Origin: a virus
IMG/VR virus record: IMGVR_UViG_3300007734_000751
Span: 8,556-72,555 of that record
Reading direction: 5' to 3' (one strand)
DNA: 64,000 nucleotides
Positions within the stretch are counted from its first letter, which is position 1, and each line of letters opens with the position of its first letter. The notes under the pieces are model-generated. The model saw only the letters and a list, made by a program, of their open reading frames with translations, was not told where the DNA came from and did no database searches. The position numbers and the translations under genes were made by a program. Of this stretch, positions 10,058 through 18,411 are shown piece by piece.

Positions 10058-10317
10058 TGAATAGCGAGATCCAAGTATTCTTCGACGTAGCGGTCGGCGT
10101 GATCGGCGTTCTGGGCGGATGGGTATTGAATACCGTCTGGAGCGCCGTGAAAGATTTGCAGACCGCTGATAAAGAACTGGCTGAAAAAGTAGGCCAGATC
10201 GAAGTTCTTGTCGCTGGACGCTATGTTACCCGCGAAGAGTTTAACACGACACTTAGCCAAGTGTTCATAAAGCTCGATACGATTCGAGATATTGTGAGCC
10301 AGAAAGCGGATAGATGA
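10057..10317 (+). CDS. Single-TM coiled-coil lysis-cassette protein (holin/antiholin-like)
   Basis: N-terminal hydrophobic helix; directly upstream of endolysin. Confidence 0.5.
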   Translation: MNSEIQVFFDVAVGVIGVLGGWVLNTVWSAVKDLQTADKELAEKVGQIEVLVAGRYVTREEFNTTLSQVFIKLDTIRDIVSQKADR

Positions 10318-10817
10318 AAGAGAACTACGCCCAGGCGCTGAAACAAGTCCTGAAGTATGAGGGCGGCTACGTTGACCATCCAAAAGACCCAGGTGGCCCG
10401 ACGAATAAGGGAGTTACGCAAGCGGTTTATGATAGCTGGCGCAAGTCACAGAATCTCCCAACGCAAAGCGTGCGCGCTATCGCTGATTCAGAAGTTGCGG
10501 CGATTTACAAGAACCTATACTGGGATCGTATTTCTGGAGATAATCTGCCCTCTGGCGTTGATTTTGCTGTGTTCGATTATGCTGTCAATTCCGGCGTAAG
10601 CCGCGCAGCCAAGACCTTGCAGGCTGTTGTCGGCGTTACGCAAGACGGCGTGATCGGGCCTGCAACCATAGAAGCTACTAAGACATATGTTGCGATGGCT
10701 GTTACCAACAAACGCTTGGCGTTTATGCAGTCCTTGTCGATCTGGTCTACGTTCGGCAAAGGATGGGCTGCACGGATCGCTGACGTCAAGAACCAGATCA
10801 AAGCATTATGCGGATAA
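10314..10817 (+). CDS. Endolysin, glycoside hydrolase family 108 with C-terminal PG-binding domain
   Basis: EGGY..DPGGxTNxGVT; FDxAVNSG; FGKGWxxR. Confidence 0.9.
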   Translation: MKENYAQALKQVLKYEGGYVDHPKDPGGPTNKGVTQAVYDSWRKSQNLPTQSVRAIADSEVAAIYKNLYWDRISGDNLPSGVDFAVFDYAVNSGVSRAAKTLQAVVGVTQDGVIGPATIEATKTYVAMAVTNKRLAFMQSLSIWSTFGKGWAARIADVKNQIKALCG

Positions 10818-10903
10818 TCTTACTCTGCCTTTTACTTTCTGGCTGTGCGCCGGCTAAGTATATCTTTGACTGCACAGTGACGCAGCCGGAGAACTGTAAC
10901 TAA
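10808..10903 (+). CDS. 31-aa lipoprotein (MRIILLCLLLSGCAPAKYIFDCTVTQPENCN), not in ORF track
   Basis: Hand translation; LSGC lipobox; stop coupled to next ATG (TAATG); absent in variant B. Confidence 0.55.
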   Translation: MRIILLCLLLSGCAPAKYIFDCTVTQPENCN

Positions 10904-11016
10904 TGGATCCGCGATTGGCGTATATTGTTTACGCTGTCGCTGCCGCCGCATCGGTTGCTTACGGGGCCAAACTATTATTCATGCTCGGCATTTATTTCAG
11001 GAGGACAATGGAATGA
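10903..11016 (+). CDS. 37-aa membrane peptide
   Basis: Hand translation MDPRLAYIVYAVAAAASVAYGAKLLFMLGIYFRRTME; homologue at 48320..48424. Confidence 0.55.
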   Translation: MDPRLAYIVYAVAAAASVAYGAKLLFMLGIYFRRTME

Positions 11017-11174
11017 TTAAGAATTGGAAAACCACAATCCCTGGCATCATCACTCTCATCGGCGTTCTCTTTAACGCTTGGCAGACCAAGACGCTTGACT
11101 GGTCTTCGCTGCAAGCAGCGCTTGTCGCCATCGGTCTTATCGGCGCTAAAGATTTTAACGTCACGGGCGCATGA
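11013..11174 (+). CDS. Small two-TM holin (53 aa, NWKTT type), not in ORF track
   Basis: AGGAGG RBS; MIKNWKTTIPGIITLIG...IGLIGAKD; conserved at 48421..48585. Confidence 0.75.
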   Translation: MIKNWKTTIPGIITLIGVLFNAWQTKTLDWSSLQAALVAIGLIGAKDFNVTGA

Positions 11175-11383
11175 CAACTGTTATCTTAATTGGCATAGTT
11201 TTAGTCGTTCTGTATGGGGCGGCTAAGATGCTAACGGCTGAAGCCTATGAGCGCGGACGACGCGAGGAAGTTGTGCGTCGATTAGACCTTGCAGCCAAAT
11301 TAAAAGAAAGACAGACCAATGTCGTTATGGCCCCTAAAACCGTGGACGATACTGCTACTGATCTCGACAACGGCACTTTCTAG
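11171..11383 (+). CDS. Inner-membrane spanin (Rz-like)
   Basis: N-terminal TM helix then helical region; overlapped by a lipoprotein gene. Confidence 0.65.
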   Translation: MTTVILIGIVLVVLYGAAKMLTAEAYERGRREEVVRRLDLAAKLKERQTNVVMAPKTVDDTATDLDNGTF

Positions 11384-11540
11384 CTGCCAGTCAACGAGCG
11401 GCGGGTCTTGCCCGCCACTCGCTCAATACTCACTCGCTCAACAGCGCGCTGTCGCCAGTGAACTTCGGCGGCTCCGTGGAACCGAAACGGCTCAGTTTAT
11501 CGTCGATTACGGCAAGCTCCGCGCGGCGTGTAGACTTTAG
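11319..11540 (+). CDS. Outer-membrane spanin lipoprotein (Rz1-like)
   Basis: LSSC lipobox; CPP motif; overlaps i-spanin 3' end; conserved at 48730. Confidence 0.7.
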   Translation: MSLWPLKPWTILLLISTTALSSCQSTSGGSCPPLAQYSLAQQRAVASELRRLRGTETAQFIVDYGKLRAACRL

Positions 11541-11882
11541 CGGCTCGATCTTAGCCGGCTTCAACTCTACCTTCTTCTTGTAACCGATGTTAGCGCCGGT
11601 TGCTGCTTTCTGTGCGATGTAATCGGCAGCAAACATGCTCGCAAACGCTTCATAGTTCATAGCGTCTATGCGGCTATCAAGATGTGTCGGGTCATTAAAC
11701 GCCCGCGCATTCTTAACGCAGACCATAATAATCGCCACCTCAAACGGATGGATGTCACGCCCCAAACGTAACGACGCCAGATCCGCTACAAGCTGGAAAT
11801 TATTTTCGATTCCGCCGTATGTCTCACCGCGCTCGGCGATGATATCAGCGGCCTGTCTTAGGAGATCGGTAGGTGTATGCAT
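11430..11882 (-). CDS. DUF6378-like phage protein
   Basis: AADIIAERGETYG..NFQ and VKNAR...DS.ID motifs; homologue at 48841. Confidence 0.65.
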   Translation of the reverse strand: MHTPTDLLRQAADIIAERGETYGGIENNFQLVADLASLRLGRDIHPFEVAIIMVCVKNARAFNDPTHLDSRIDAMNYEAFASMFAADYIAQKAATGANIGYKKKVELKPAKIEPLKSTRRAELAVIDDKLSRFGSTEPPKFTGDSALLSE

Positions 11883-12051
11883 CTTTCAACAGTTCCTCTC
11901 TTTCGCGCAACACTCGCAGAATGTTGTAGCGTTGATGCAAGCGGGTCATAATAAAAGCGCGCCGCCCATTCGCGCGTTCATCCTGAAGCAGGTCGTAAAC
12001 TTGCTTCTCAGATAAATCAGCTAATTTCTTATTCAGTTCGTTCCAGTGCAT
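11845..12051 (-). CDS. Conserved hypothetical phage protein
   Basis: RLHQRY motif; homologue at 49232..49465. Confidence 0.65.
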   Translation of the reverse strand: MHWNELNKKLADLSEKQVYDLLQDERANGRRAFIMTRLHQRYNILRVLREREELLKDAYTYRSPKTGR

Positions 12052-13325
12052 AATTCCTCCAACGCCAATTCCGACATGGAGCGCTTGTCTTTCAGCGCGG
12101 TTTGGATCTTTTCATCGATGGTGTTAGCACAAATAATATTGTAACACCAGACATCTTTTGTTTGCCCGCTGCGATGCAAGCGCCCGATGGTTTGTTCGTA
12201 CAGTTCAAGCGACCAAGGCAACGACAAGAAAATCATTTTGTTGCCGCCAAACTGTAGATTCAGTCCATGCCCAGCGGATTTAGGATGTATCGCTAAAAGT
12301 TCTGTTTCGCCTCTGTTCCACTTGTCCACAGCCTGTGGATCGTCCATAGTGGAAAGTTTCGGAAATAGTTCTCGTAACTTAGCAAGCTCTTCCTTGTAGT
12401 TATACACAACGATGGTGTTGTCGTGTTGGTTCTCTTCGAGCACTTCTTTTAATAGGTCATACTTATGCGAAGTAAGCCACTCCGCGCCGTCTGCGCCGTA
12501 GACGAAGCCGCCGGCGAGTTGCTGTAGTTTCTGCGTCACGACCGCAGCGGTCGGCGCTGTAATGGTCTGGCCCAGCTCCAAAACAAAATCTCGTTTCATC
12601 TTGTTGTACGGCCCCATATCCATCGTGCAGCGCATATCCACGACATGCAGTTCCGGCAGCTTGTCCTTATACTCTCCAGGCTCTAGCACGTATGTCGCCG
12701 GCTTGATCGCGTGCATGACGCTCTCTAGCGCGGTGGGTAGTGGCACCCATTGTTGATACTCGCGGTTTAAACAGTAGAAATACTGTTGCAGAAACGCGCC
12801 TTTAGATCTGCCGAGTAGTTTCTGATCAACGACCTTGCATTGACCAAACACGTCTTCCAAGCCGTTCGACGTAAACGATCCAGTCAAACCCCAGCGTATG
12901 TGAAACTGATCAAGGATCTTTAACAGATGCTTAAAGCGTTTGCCGCTTGGGTTCTTAAGCCGCGTTAATTCATCAAATACTATTCCATCAAAGCCTGTAG
13001 GATCAATTGACGGTATATTGTCGTAATTAGTTACGACGACATCAACGTCCGCAGCGAACGCCGCTTGACGCTGTGTTGGTGAACCGACAGCCACGGCTAT
13101 AGGCATTTCAGGTGCCCACTTCGGGCCTTCAACAGGCCACACGTCAGTGCACACACGCTTGGGCGCGAGCACAAGCCAGCGGCTTACGAAGCCCTTCTCC
13201 AGCATGTCGCGCATAGCTGTTAATGTTATTGCTGTCTTCCCCGCGCCGACTGGCGCGAGGATCATGGCTCTGTCACGACAGAAAAGAAAATCCGCCGCCT
13301 CATCTTGATAAGGACGCAGCTTCAT
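12033..13325 (-). CDS. SNF2-family (SF2) helicase
   Basis: LRPYQ, GAGKT, DE, LTGS, SAGHGLNLQ and QTIGRLHRSGQ motifs. Confidence 0.9.
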   Translation of the reverse strand: MKLRPYQDEAADFLFCRDRAMILAPVGAGKTAITLTAMRDMLEKGFVSRWLVLAPKRVCTDVWPVEGPKWAPEMPIAVAVGSPTQRQAAFAADVDVVVTNYDNIPSIDPTGFDGIVFDELTRLKNPSGKRFKHLLKILDQFHIRWGLTGSFTSNGLEDVFGQCKVVDQKLLGRSKGAFLQQYFYCLNREYQQWVPLPTALESVMHAIKPATYVLEPGEYKDKLPELHVVDMRCTMDMGPYNKMKRDFVLELGQTITAPTAAVVTQKLQQLAGGFVYGADGAEWLTSHKYDLLKEVLEENQHDNTIVVYNYKEELAKLRELFPKLSTMDDPQAVDKWNRGETELLAIHPKSAGHGLNLQFGGNKMIFLSLPWSLELYEQTIGRLHRSGQTKDVWCYNIICANTIDEKIQTALKDKRSMSELALEELCTGTN

Positions 13326-13501
13326 TTTGGTCTTTTTTTAGTAAGAAGAGTTATCATGTCTTTAGCTAAAAACTCACCTAACATGTACATACGCACGCCA
13401 GCTAAAGGCTTTTCGTCTTTATGAAGATTTAAATAAATTTTATCTACTTCACGGCATCTTTCTTCAACTAACTGCCTAAATACAATCTCTAGCCGAGTCA
13501 T
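13322..13501 (-). CDS. AT-rich hypothetical protein present only in variant A
   Basis: ATGA-coupled to both neighbours; absent at 50732. Confidence 0.5.
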   Translation of the reverse strand: MTRLEIVFRQLVEERCREVDKIYLNLHKDEKPLAGVRMYMLGEFLAKDMITLLTKKRPK

Positions 13502-13791
13502 ATGCTCTTCTTTTTTGAGTCTCTTTCTATCGCCCATCGGTCTACTTGCTCCCTATTCCACAGACACGCGTAATGCTGATTCATACGCTTCATGTCTTGT
13601 GCAAAGATTTTTTGAAGCGCCGACAACTTGCCCCCTGTTGTCTTCACTTCGATGAACCACGTCTCGCCATTTGGTAAACACACAACGCGATCACTCACGC
13701 CGCGATGCGATAACGAGTTGAATTTGTAGGCTTCGCCGTCCATAGCGCGGACGGTTTTAACCAAATATTGTTCAATGTCTGATTCTTTCAT
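13498..13791 (-). CDS. VRR-NUC nuclease
   Basis: ESDIE, GVSDR, FIEVK and LSALQ motifs; start placed at MKES by comparison with B. Confidence 0.85.
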   Translation of the reverse strand: MKESDIEQYLVKTVRAMDGEAYKFNSLSHRGVSDRVVCLPNGETWFIEVKTTGGKLSALQKIFAQDMKRMNQHYACLWNREQVDRWAIERDSKKKSI

Positions 13792-13853
13792 AAAAAAGTT
13801 ATTGCATAAACAAAAAAAGTTGTCTAGTGTGATTCGCATAAGGGAGATAATAA
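13792..13853. promoter_or_regulatory. Divergent promoter region of the replication module
   Basis: + strand TTGCAT-17-TAGTGT; - strand TAGACA -35-like box; equivalent in B at 50993-51057. Confidence 0.55.
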
Positions 13854-14951
13854 ATGGCACATTCTACTATTGTCGGCGGCTCATCAGCCAAGCGCGTCAT
13901 CAACTGCCCTGGCAGTGTTGCGCTGGTTAGTAAAGTGCCGCCGAAGCCTACGTCGTCATACGCAGAAGAAGGCACGTTCCTGCATGAGTGCATGGAGCGT
14001 ATACTCAATGGCGAATCAATTGACACGTTTACTGATGCGACTGAGGAACAGTTAAATGAGAAACTACGGCCTGCATTCGCCGCGCTCGATGAGATCGATC
14101 CAGAAGGCAAGTTGGAGTTCCAGACTGAAGTTCACGTCGCGTTTCCTGAACCATTACAAGAAGTGTTTGGATCTTGCGACGTGGTTGGTCGCCGTGGCGA
14201 TACTGCTATTATTCTTGACTGGAAGTTCGGTAGCGGCGTCTGGGTTGACGCAGAAGAAAACGATCAGCTCATGTTCTACGCAGCCGCAGCTATGCACACA
14301 GAGAGCTGCCGCTGGGCGTTTGAAGGCGTCAACAAAATCGAATGCATCATCGTCCAGCCCCCTTACATCAAGGTCTGGGAAACAACCCCTGGACGCATCA
14401 AAAACTTTGAGCGTGAACTGGTGCGTGCTATTCATTCTGCCATGCGTGAAGACGCCCCTCTAAAGAAGGGTGATCATTGTCGCTGGTGCGCCGCCAAAGC
14501 TATTTGTCCTTTGATGAACGGCGAGGCTAAACGCGCAGCTAAGATACAACTAAAGCAACTGCCGGATCTTTCAGATGCTCTTAAACTTGCTGATTTGCTT
14601 GAGCCGTGGATTAAAGATGTGCGAGAGCTTGCTCTTCGCAGTATGGAAGAAGGAACACAAATCACAGATTTTAAACTGGTCTCAAAACGAGCAACACGCC
14701 AATGGGTGGATGCTGAAGGAGCGCGAGAAGCTCTTGAGAAAATGGGACTGGATATGTCGGAATTGATGGAGACGAAGCTCCTATCGGTAGCGCAAGCGGA
14801 AAAGGTGTTGAAAAAGCACAAGCTCGCTTTACCAAAAGAGCATGTTGTGTCCATCTCATCGGGCAACACAATCGCGCCAAAGGATGATCCTAGGCCGGCG
14901 GTGTCGCAACTCAGCCAGAGTCTTCTGGCTTTTAGCAAAATGGAAAGATAG
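13854..14951 (+). CDS. DUF2800 PD-(D/E)XK (Cas4-like) exonuclease
   Basis: H..GGSSAKR..CPGS, GSCD, DWKFG, QLMFYA and HCRWC...C motifs. Confidence 0.85.
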   Translation: MAHSTIVGGSSAKRVINCPGSVALVSKVPPKPTSSYAEEGTFLHECMERILNGESIDTFTDATEEQLNEKLRPAFAALDEIDPEGKLEFQTEVHVAFPEPLQEVFGSCDVVGRRGDTAIILDWKFGSGVWVDAEENDQLMFYAAAAMHTESCRWAFEGVNKIECIIVQPPYIKVWETTPGRIKNFERELVRAIHSAMREDAPLKKGDHCRWCAAKAICPLMNGEAKRAAKIQLKQLPDLSDALKLADLLEPWIKDVRELALRSMEEGTQITDFKLVSKRATRQWVDAEGAREALEKMGLDMSELMETKLLSVAQAEKVLKKHKLALPKEHVVSISSGNTIAPKDDPRPAVSQLSQSLLAFSKMER

Positions 14952-14954
14952 AAA

Positions 14955-15584
14955 ATGACAGACTTTGCAAACTTACCGGCAGTCGCTGATTTAGGTGCAG
15001 CTCTTGAAAAGTTCGCGGCAGGTTCGCCTACGCGTCTTAAAGAAGTGTATCTAAAAATGGATAAAACAGGTCATTGGGTTTACGGCGCTGATCAAACTGA
15101 GATCGAGCGCGACTCACTTTGGGCTATTAATCCATTCTCATTTGTAGAAGGTTTCGTATGTTGGGGCGCGCAAGACACGCCTAACATGGGTAAGCTTCTT
15201 GGTGAGGTCATGAAGCCGCTGGGAAAAGATGAACTTGTTATGCCTGAAGATATTCCTGACTCTAATGGTTGGGAAGAGCAAGTTGGTATATCATTACAAT
15301 GCATTAGCGGAAATGATAAAGGATTATCCGCGCGATATACAACTAAAACCAAAGGCGGTGTGCCGGAAGTTCGGCGCGTGGCTTTTGAAACAGGCATGAA
15401 CTATAGGATTCGTAAATCGGAACCTGTTCCTATCGTAAAGTTAAAGAGTACTCATTATACTCACAACGCCGGCTATGGGCGCGTGTATACGCCTGTAATC
15501 GAGATCGTGAAATTCGTGAGTAATGAGACAGAACCCACTGTTGAAGAAGTAACGGAAGCTCCCGTTCGTCGTCGCAGAGGTTAA
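14955..15584 (+). CDS. Putative ssDNA-binding / annealing protein
   Basis: Position between nuclease and polymerase; YGRVYTPV motif; acidic then RRRR tail. Confidence 0.55.
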   Translation: MTDFANLPAVADLGAALEKFAAGSPTRLKEVYLKMDKTGHWVYGADQTEIERDSLWAINPFSFVEGFVCWGAQDTPNMGKLLGEVMKPLGKDELVMPEDIPDSNGWEEQVGISLQCISGNDKGLSARYTTKTKGGVPEVRRVAFETGMNYRIRKSEPVPIVKLKSTHYTHNAGYGRVYTPVIEIVKFVSNETEPTVEEVTEAPVRRRRG

Positions 15585-15590
15585 TGAGTT

Positions 15591-15614
15591 GGGGCGCGTG
15601 AAGCGCCCCTTCTT
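15591..15614 (+). terminator. Hairpin / terminator
   Basis: GGGGCGC-GTGAA-GCGCCCC-TTCTT. Confidence 0.55.
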
Positions 15615-15631
15615 ATCTCAGGAGAAATCAA

Positions 15632-16225
15632 ATGTTATTTGTGCCTGCCTATTGGCCGTTCTTTAAGAGCGGCGAACTGAGACGCTTTGACTATAGCAAC
15701 CCTAACGCGCCTAGCTTCACATCTGTGTTTAGCTACGATAAGGGCAGCGATAGCATGCTGTACAACAATTATGATTCAGCCGGCACCTGGCTGAACAAAT
15801 GGTATTATCAATACCGCACAGGCTTTGGCGTTGCTGAATGGCGCGATGATTATCCAGGCAACAAGAAGGTCGTACTTAACCCGCCGATTGGCTGGGGCGA
15901 GTTCCAAGAAGTCGGGTCTGACTACGTAAATTACCCGCGCTTTGATTTCTTTAAATGCTGGCCCCCAGCGTCAAGTAAGGGCGTACAGATCGTACACTTT
16001 GAAGAGCATATCTCGCAGATGTCTGCGCTTGGTGTGTATTACCAAGACGTGATCAAGTTCAGCTATTTGCAGAATTGGGATGGCAAACCTGCGACCGGCG
16101 CGCGCTATTGGATGGCGCTTGGCGTTGGGCCAATACAAACACAGTTCTTAACGCAAGACGCAAAAGATCCAACAAAGATAACGGAGTCAATCGTATGGGA
16201 AGCGAAGATAACGACCGTGAATTAA
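15632..16225 (+). CDS. Aromatic-rich hypothetical protein
   Basis: AGGAG RBS; strongly conserved at 53033..53638. Confidence 0.75.
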   Translation: MLFVPAYWPFFKSGELRRFDYSNPNAPSFTSVFSYDKGSDSMLYNNYDSAGTWLNKWYYQYRTGFGVAEWRDDYPGNKKVVLNPPIGWGEFQEVGSDYVNYPRFDFFKCWPPASSKGVQIVHFEEHISQMSALGVYYQDVIKFSYLQNWDGKPATGARYWMALGVGPIQTQFLTQDAKDPTKITESIVWEAKITTVN

Positions 16226-16383
16226 GACTAAAGCAATTGATGGGCGATCTATTGTTCACCATCAAACAATATTCTGACAAACATGAGAAACCCGATGAGA
16301 TCCTTTTTGTTCTTGACCGTATCGTTGACGCTTATCACACAGCCATTAAAATCACAAGAAGTGGAGACGCCAAGGTTCACTGA
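16075..16383 (+). CDS. Small helical hypothetical protein (true start probably later than ORF start)
   Basis: RLKQLM..LLFTIKQYSDKHE..DEILFVLDRIVDAY conserved at 53635..53877. Confidence 0.55.
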   Translation: MGWQTCDRRALLDGAWRWANTNTVLNARRKRSNKDNGVNRMGSEDNDRELRLKQLMGDLLFTIKQYSDKHEKPDEILFVLDRIVDAYHTAIKITRSGDAKVH

Positions 16384-16522
16384 GATGAACTACGGCGAGC
16401 AAACTTTCATCTATGATCGCAACGGGCGCATGGTCGCTGCGGGCGTAGGCGATGAGTATGGCATGTATTACAGCAACCGCTACGGCCAGACTATCGGCAC
16501 AAGATATGATGCACCAAAATGA
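16283..16522 (+). CDS. Small exported protein with Sec-type signal peptide
   Basis: Basic N-terminus, hydrophobic core, LKSQ/LKAQ cleavage-like site; mature part nearly identical at 53777..54016. Confidence 0.6.
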   Translation: MRNPMRSFLFLTVSLTLITQPLKSQEVETPRFTEMNYGEQTFIYDRNGRMVAAGVGDEYGMYYSNRYGQTIGTRYDAPK

Positions 16523-18411
16523 TCTGGCTTGATTTTGAAACGCGGAGCGAGTGCGATCTAAAATCGATGGGCGTATATAACTACGCCCGTCATCCCACAA
16601 CAGAAGTGTTGTGTATGTCTTACGCATACAACGACGATCCTGTGCAGACGTGGCGTCCAGGCGAGCCGTTCCCACGCTTGAACGGTCAGATCCGCGCGCA
16701 CAACGCAGCGTTTGAGCGTCTGATTTTCTGGCATGTGTTAGACAAACAGATCCCGCTTGAACAATTCTACTGCACCGCGTCACAAGCGAGAGCTAACTGT
16801 GCGCCAGGATCGCTCGAAGACGTTGCGCGTTTTGCTGGCACAAGCATGCGTAAAGATCACCGAGGCAACTACTTGGTGCGTAAGCTCTGCATCCCGCCGT
16901 TCAGCAACGACGTGCGTTTGCTGCAAGAGCTGGTAGAATATTGCGAACAAGACGTGCGTACGATGCGCGCGGCATCTAAGGCGATGCGGGAACTGACAGA
17001 TGAAGAGCTGGCAGATTATCATACTAATGAGCGGATCAATGATCGCGGCGTCTTGGTTGACGTATTTTTATGCCAAGCGGCGGTTCGATTTGCGGCTGAT
17101 GAATTACAGGAAATCGAACGAATCGTTCGTGAGGTTACGAATGGCGAGATTACATCAGTCCGAAGCCCTAAGATGCGACAATGGGTTCAAGATCGTGTCG
17201 GCCCCGCAGCCCTCAAGCTCATGGAGCGCGACGACAAGTATAGTATCGACAAGACGGCGCGCGCAAATTTATTGGCGATGGACGATCCTGAAGAAGTGCC
17301 GCCAGATGTTGCCGACGTTATACAGTGCGCTGACGATCTTTGGGCGTCTTCTGTAGCAAAGTTCAAGCGCCTTAACGATCTCGCCGGCGATGACCACAGA
17401 GTACGCGGCGCGTTCGTGTTCGCAGGTGGCAGCGCAACAGGGCGCGCGTCTAGCTACGGCGCGCAGGTTCATAATTTCACGCGCGTCTGCGCCGAAGAGC
17501 CAGAGGCTGTGCGTCATGCGATGGTGCGCGGACATAAGATCGTGCCTAAGTTCGGCAAGCGCGTCACTGATGTGCTCAAAGGTATGTTACGTCCTGCGAT
17601 GATTCCGGCCAAGGGTCATCAGTTCGTCGTCGCCGATTGGTCGTCCATAGAAGCCCGTGTTACTCCGTGGTTGTCCATGAATGGCGATGACAAGCTTGCG
17701 TTATTTAATTCTGGACAAGATGTGTATAAGTTCAACGCATCAAAAACCTTTGGTTGTGCAATAGAAGATGTGACAAAAGACCAACGCCAGGTTGGTAAAG
17801 TGCAAGAGCTTGCGTGTGGTTTTGCCGGCGGTGTCGGCGCGTTTGCTGCGATGGGTCGTGTATACGGAATTAACATGCCGGAAGACGAAGCCAGACGCAT
17901 GGTAAACGCCTGGAGACTCGCAAATAAATGGTCAGTGCCGTTCTGGAATGACATCGAGATGGCGTACACGCGGGCGCTAGGTCGTCAAGACGAAATATTT
18001 AGCGCGGGTAGAATTAAATACTTGTTTCGCGGTGAGCACCTTTGGTATGCTCTCCCTTCGGGTCGCGTTCTTTGTTATCCCTATGCGCGGTTTGAAGATG
18101 ACGGCAGTATAACTTACGCCAAAGCATCTTGGAAACCAGCCGCAGACGCAAAGGAATGGCCCCGTGCACGGCTATGGCGTGGGCTTGCATGTGAGAATGT
18201 AACCCAAGCAGTTGCAAATGATTTATTAAGGTACAGTCTACGAAATTTAAATAATGTTGTGCTTCATGTGCATGACGAAATAGTTGTCGAATCAGATGAG
18301 CCGGAAATAGCAAGGGAGGCTATGGTTCGTGTGATGACAACGCCGCCAGATTGGGCGGTTGGATTACCACTTGCCGTTGAGGCTAATATTATGGGGCGTT
18401 ATGGAAAATAG
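16519..18411 (+). CDS. Family A DNA polymerase (APSE-like)
   Basis: DFET and AHNAAFE exonuclease motifs; ADWSSIEAR; RQVGKVQELACGF; HVHDE. Confidence 0.93.
   Translation: MIWLDFETRSECDLKSMGVYNYARHPTTEVLCMSYAYNDDPVQTWRPGEPFPRLNGQIRAHNAAFERLIFWHVLDKQIPLEQFYCTASQARANCAPGSLEDVARFAGTSMRKDHRGNYLVRKLCIPPFSNDVRLLQELVEYCEQDVRTMRAASKAMRELTDEELADYHTNERINDRGVLVDVFLCQAAVRFAADELQEIERIVREVTNGEITSVRSPKMRQWVQDRVGPAALKLMERDDKYSIDKTARANLLAMDDPEEVPPDVADVIQCADDLWASSVAKFKRLNDLAGDDHRVRGAFVFAGGSATGRASSYGAQVHNFTRVCAEEPEAVRHAMVRGHKIVPKFGKRVTDVLKGMLRPAMIPAKGHQFVVADWSSIEARVTPWLSMNGDDKLALFNSGQDVYKFNASKTFGCAIEDVTKDQRQVGKVQELACGFAGGVGAFAAMGRVYGINMPEDEARRMVNAWRLANKWSVPFWNDIEMAYTRALGRQDEIFSAGRIKYLFRGEHLWYALPSGRVLCYPYARFEDDGSITYAKASWKPAADAKEWPRARLWRGLACENVTQAVANDLLRYSLRNLNNVVLHVHDEIVVESDEPEIAREAMVRVMTTPPDWAVGLPLAVEANIMGRYGK

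Noticed and set aside
13854-14951. Cas4-like nuclease suggesting CRISPR-Cas
   Set aside because: No cas1/cas2 and no repeat-spacer array; it sits in the usual phage nuclease-SSB-polymerase context
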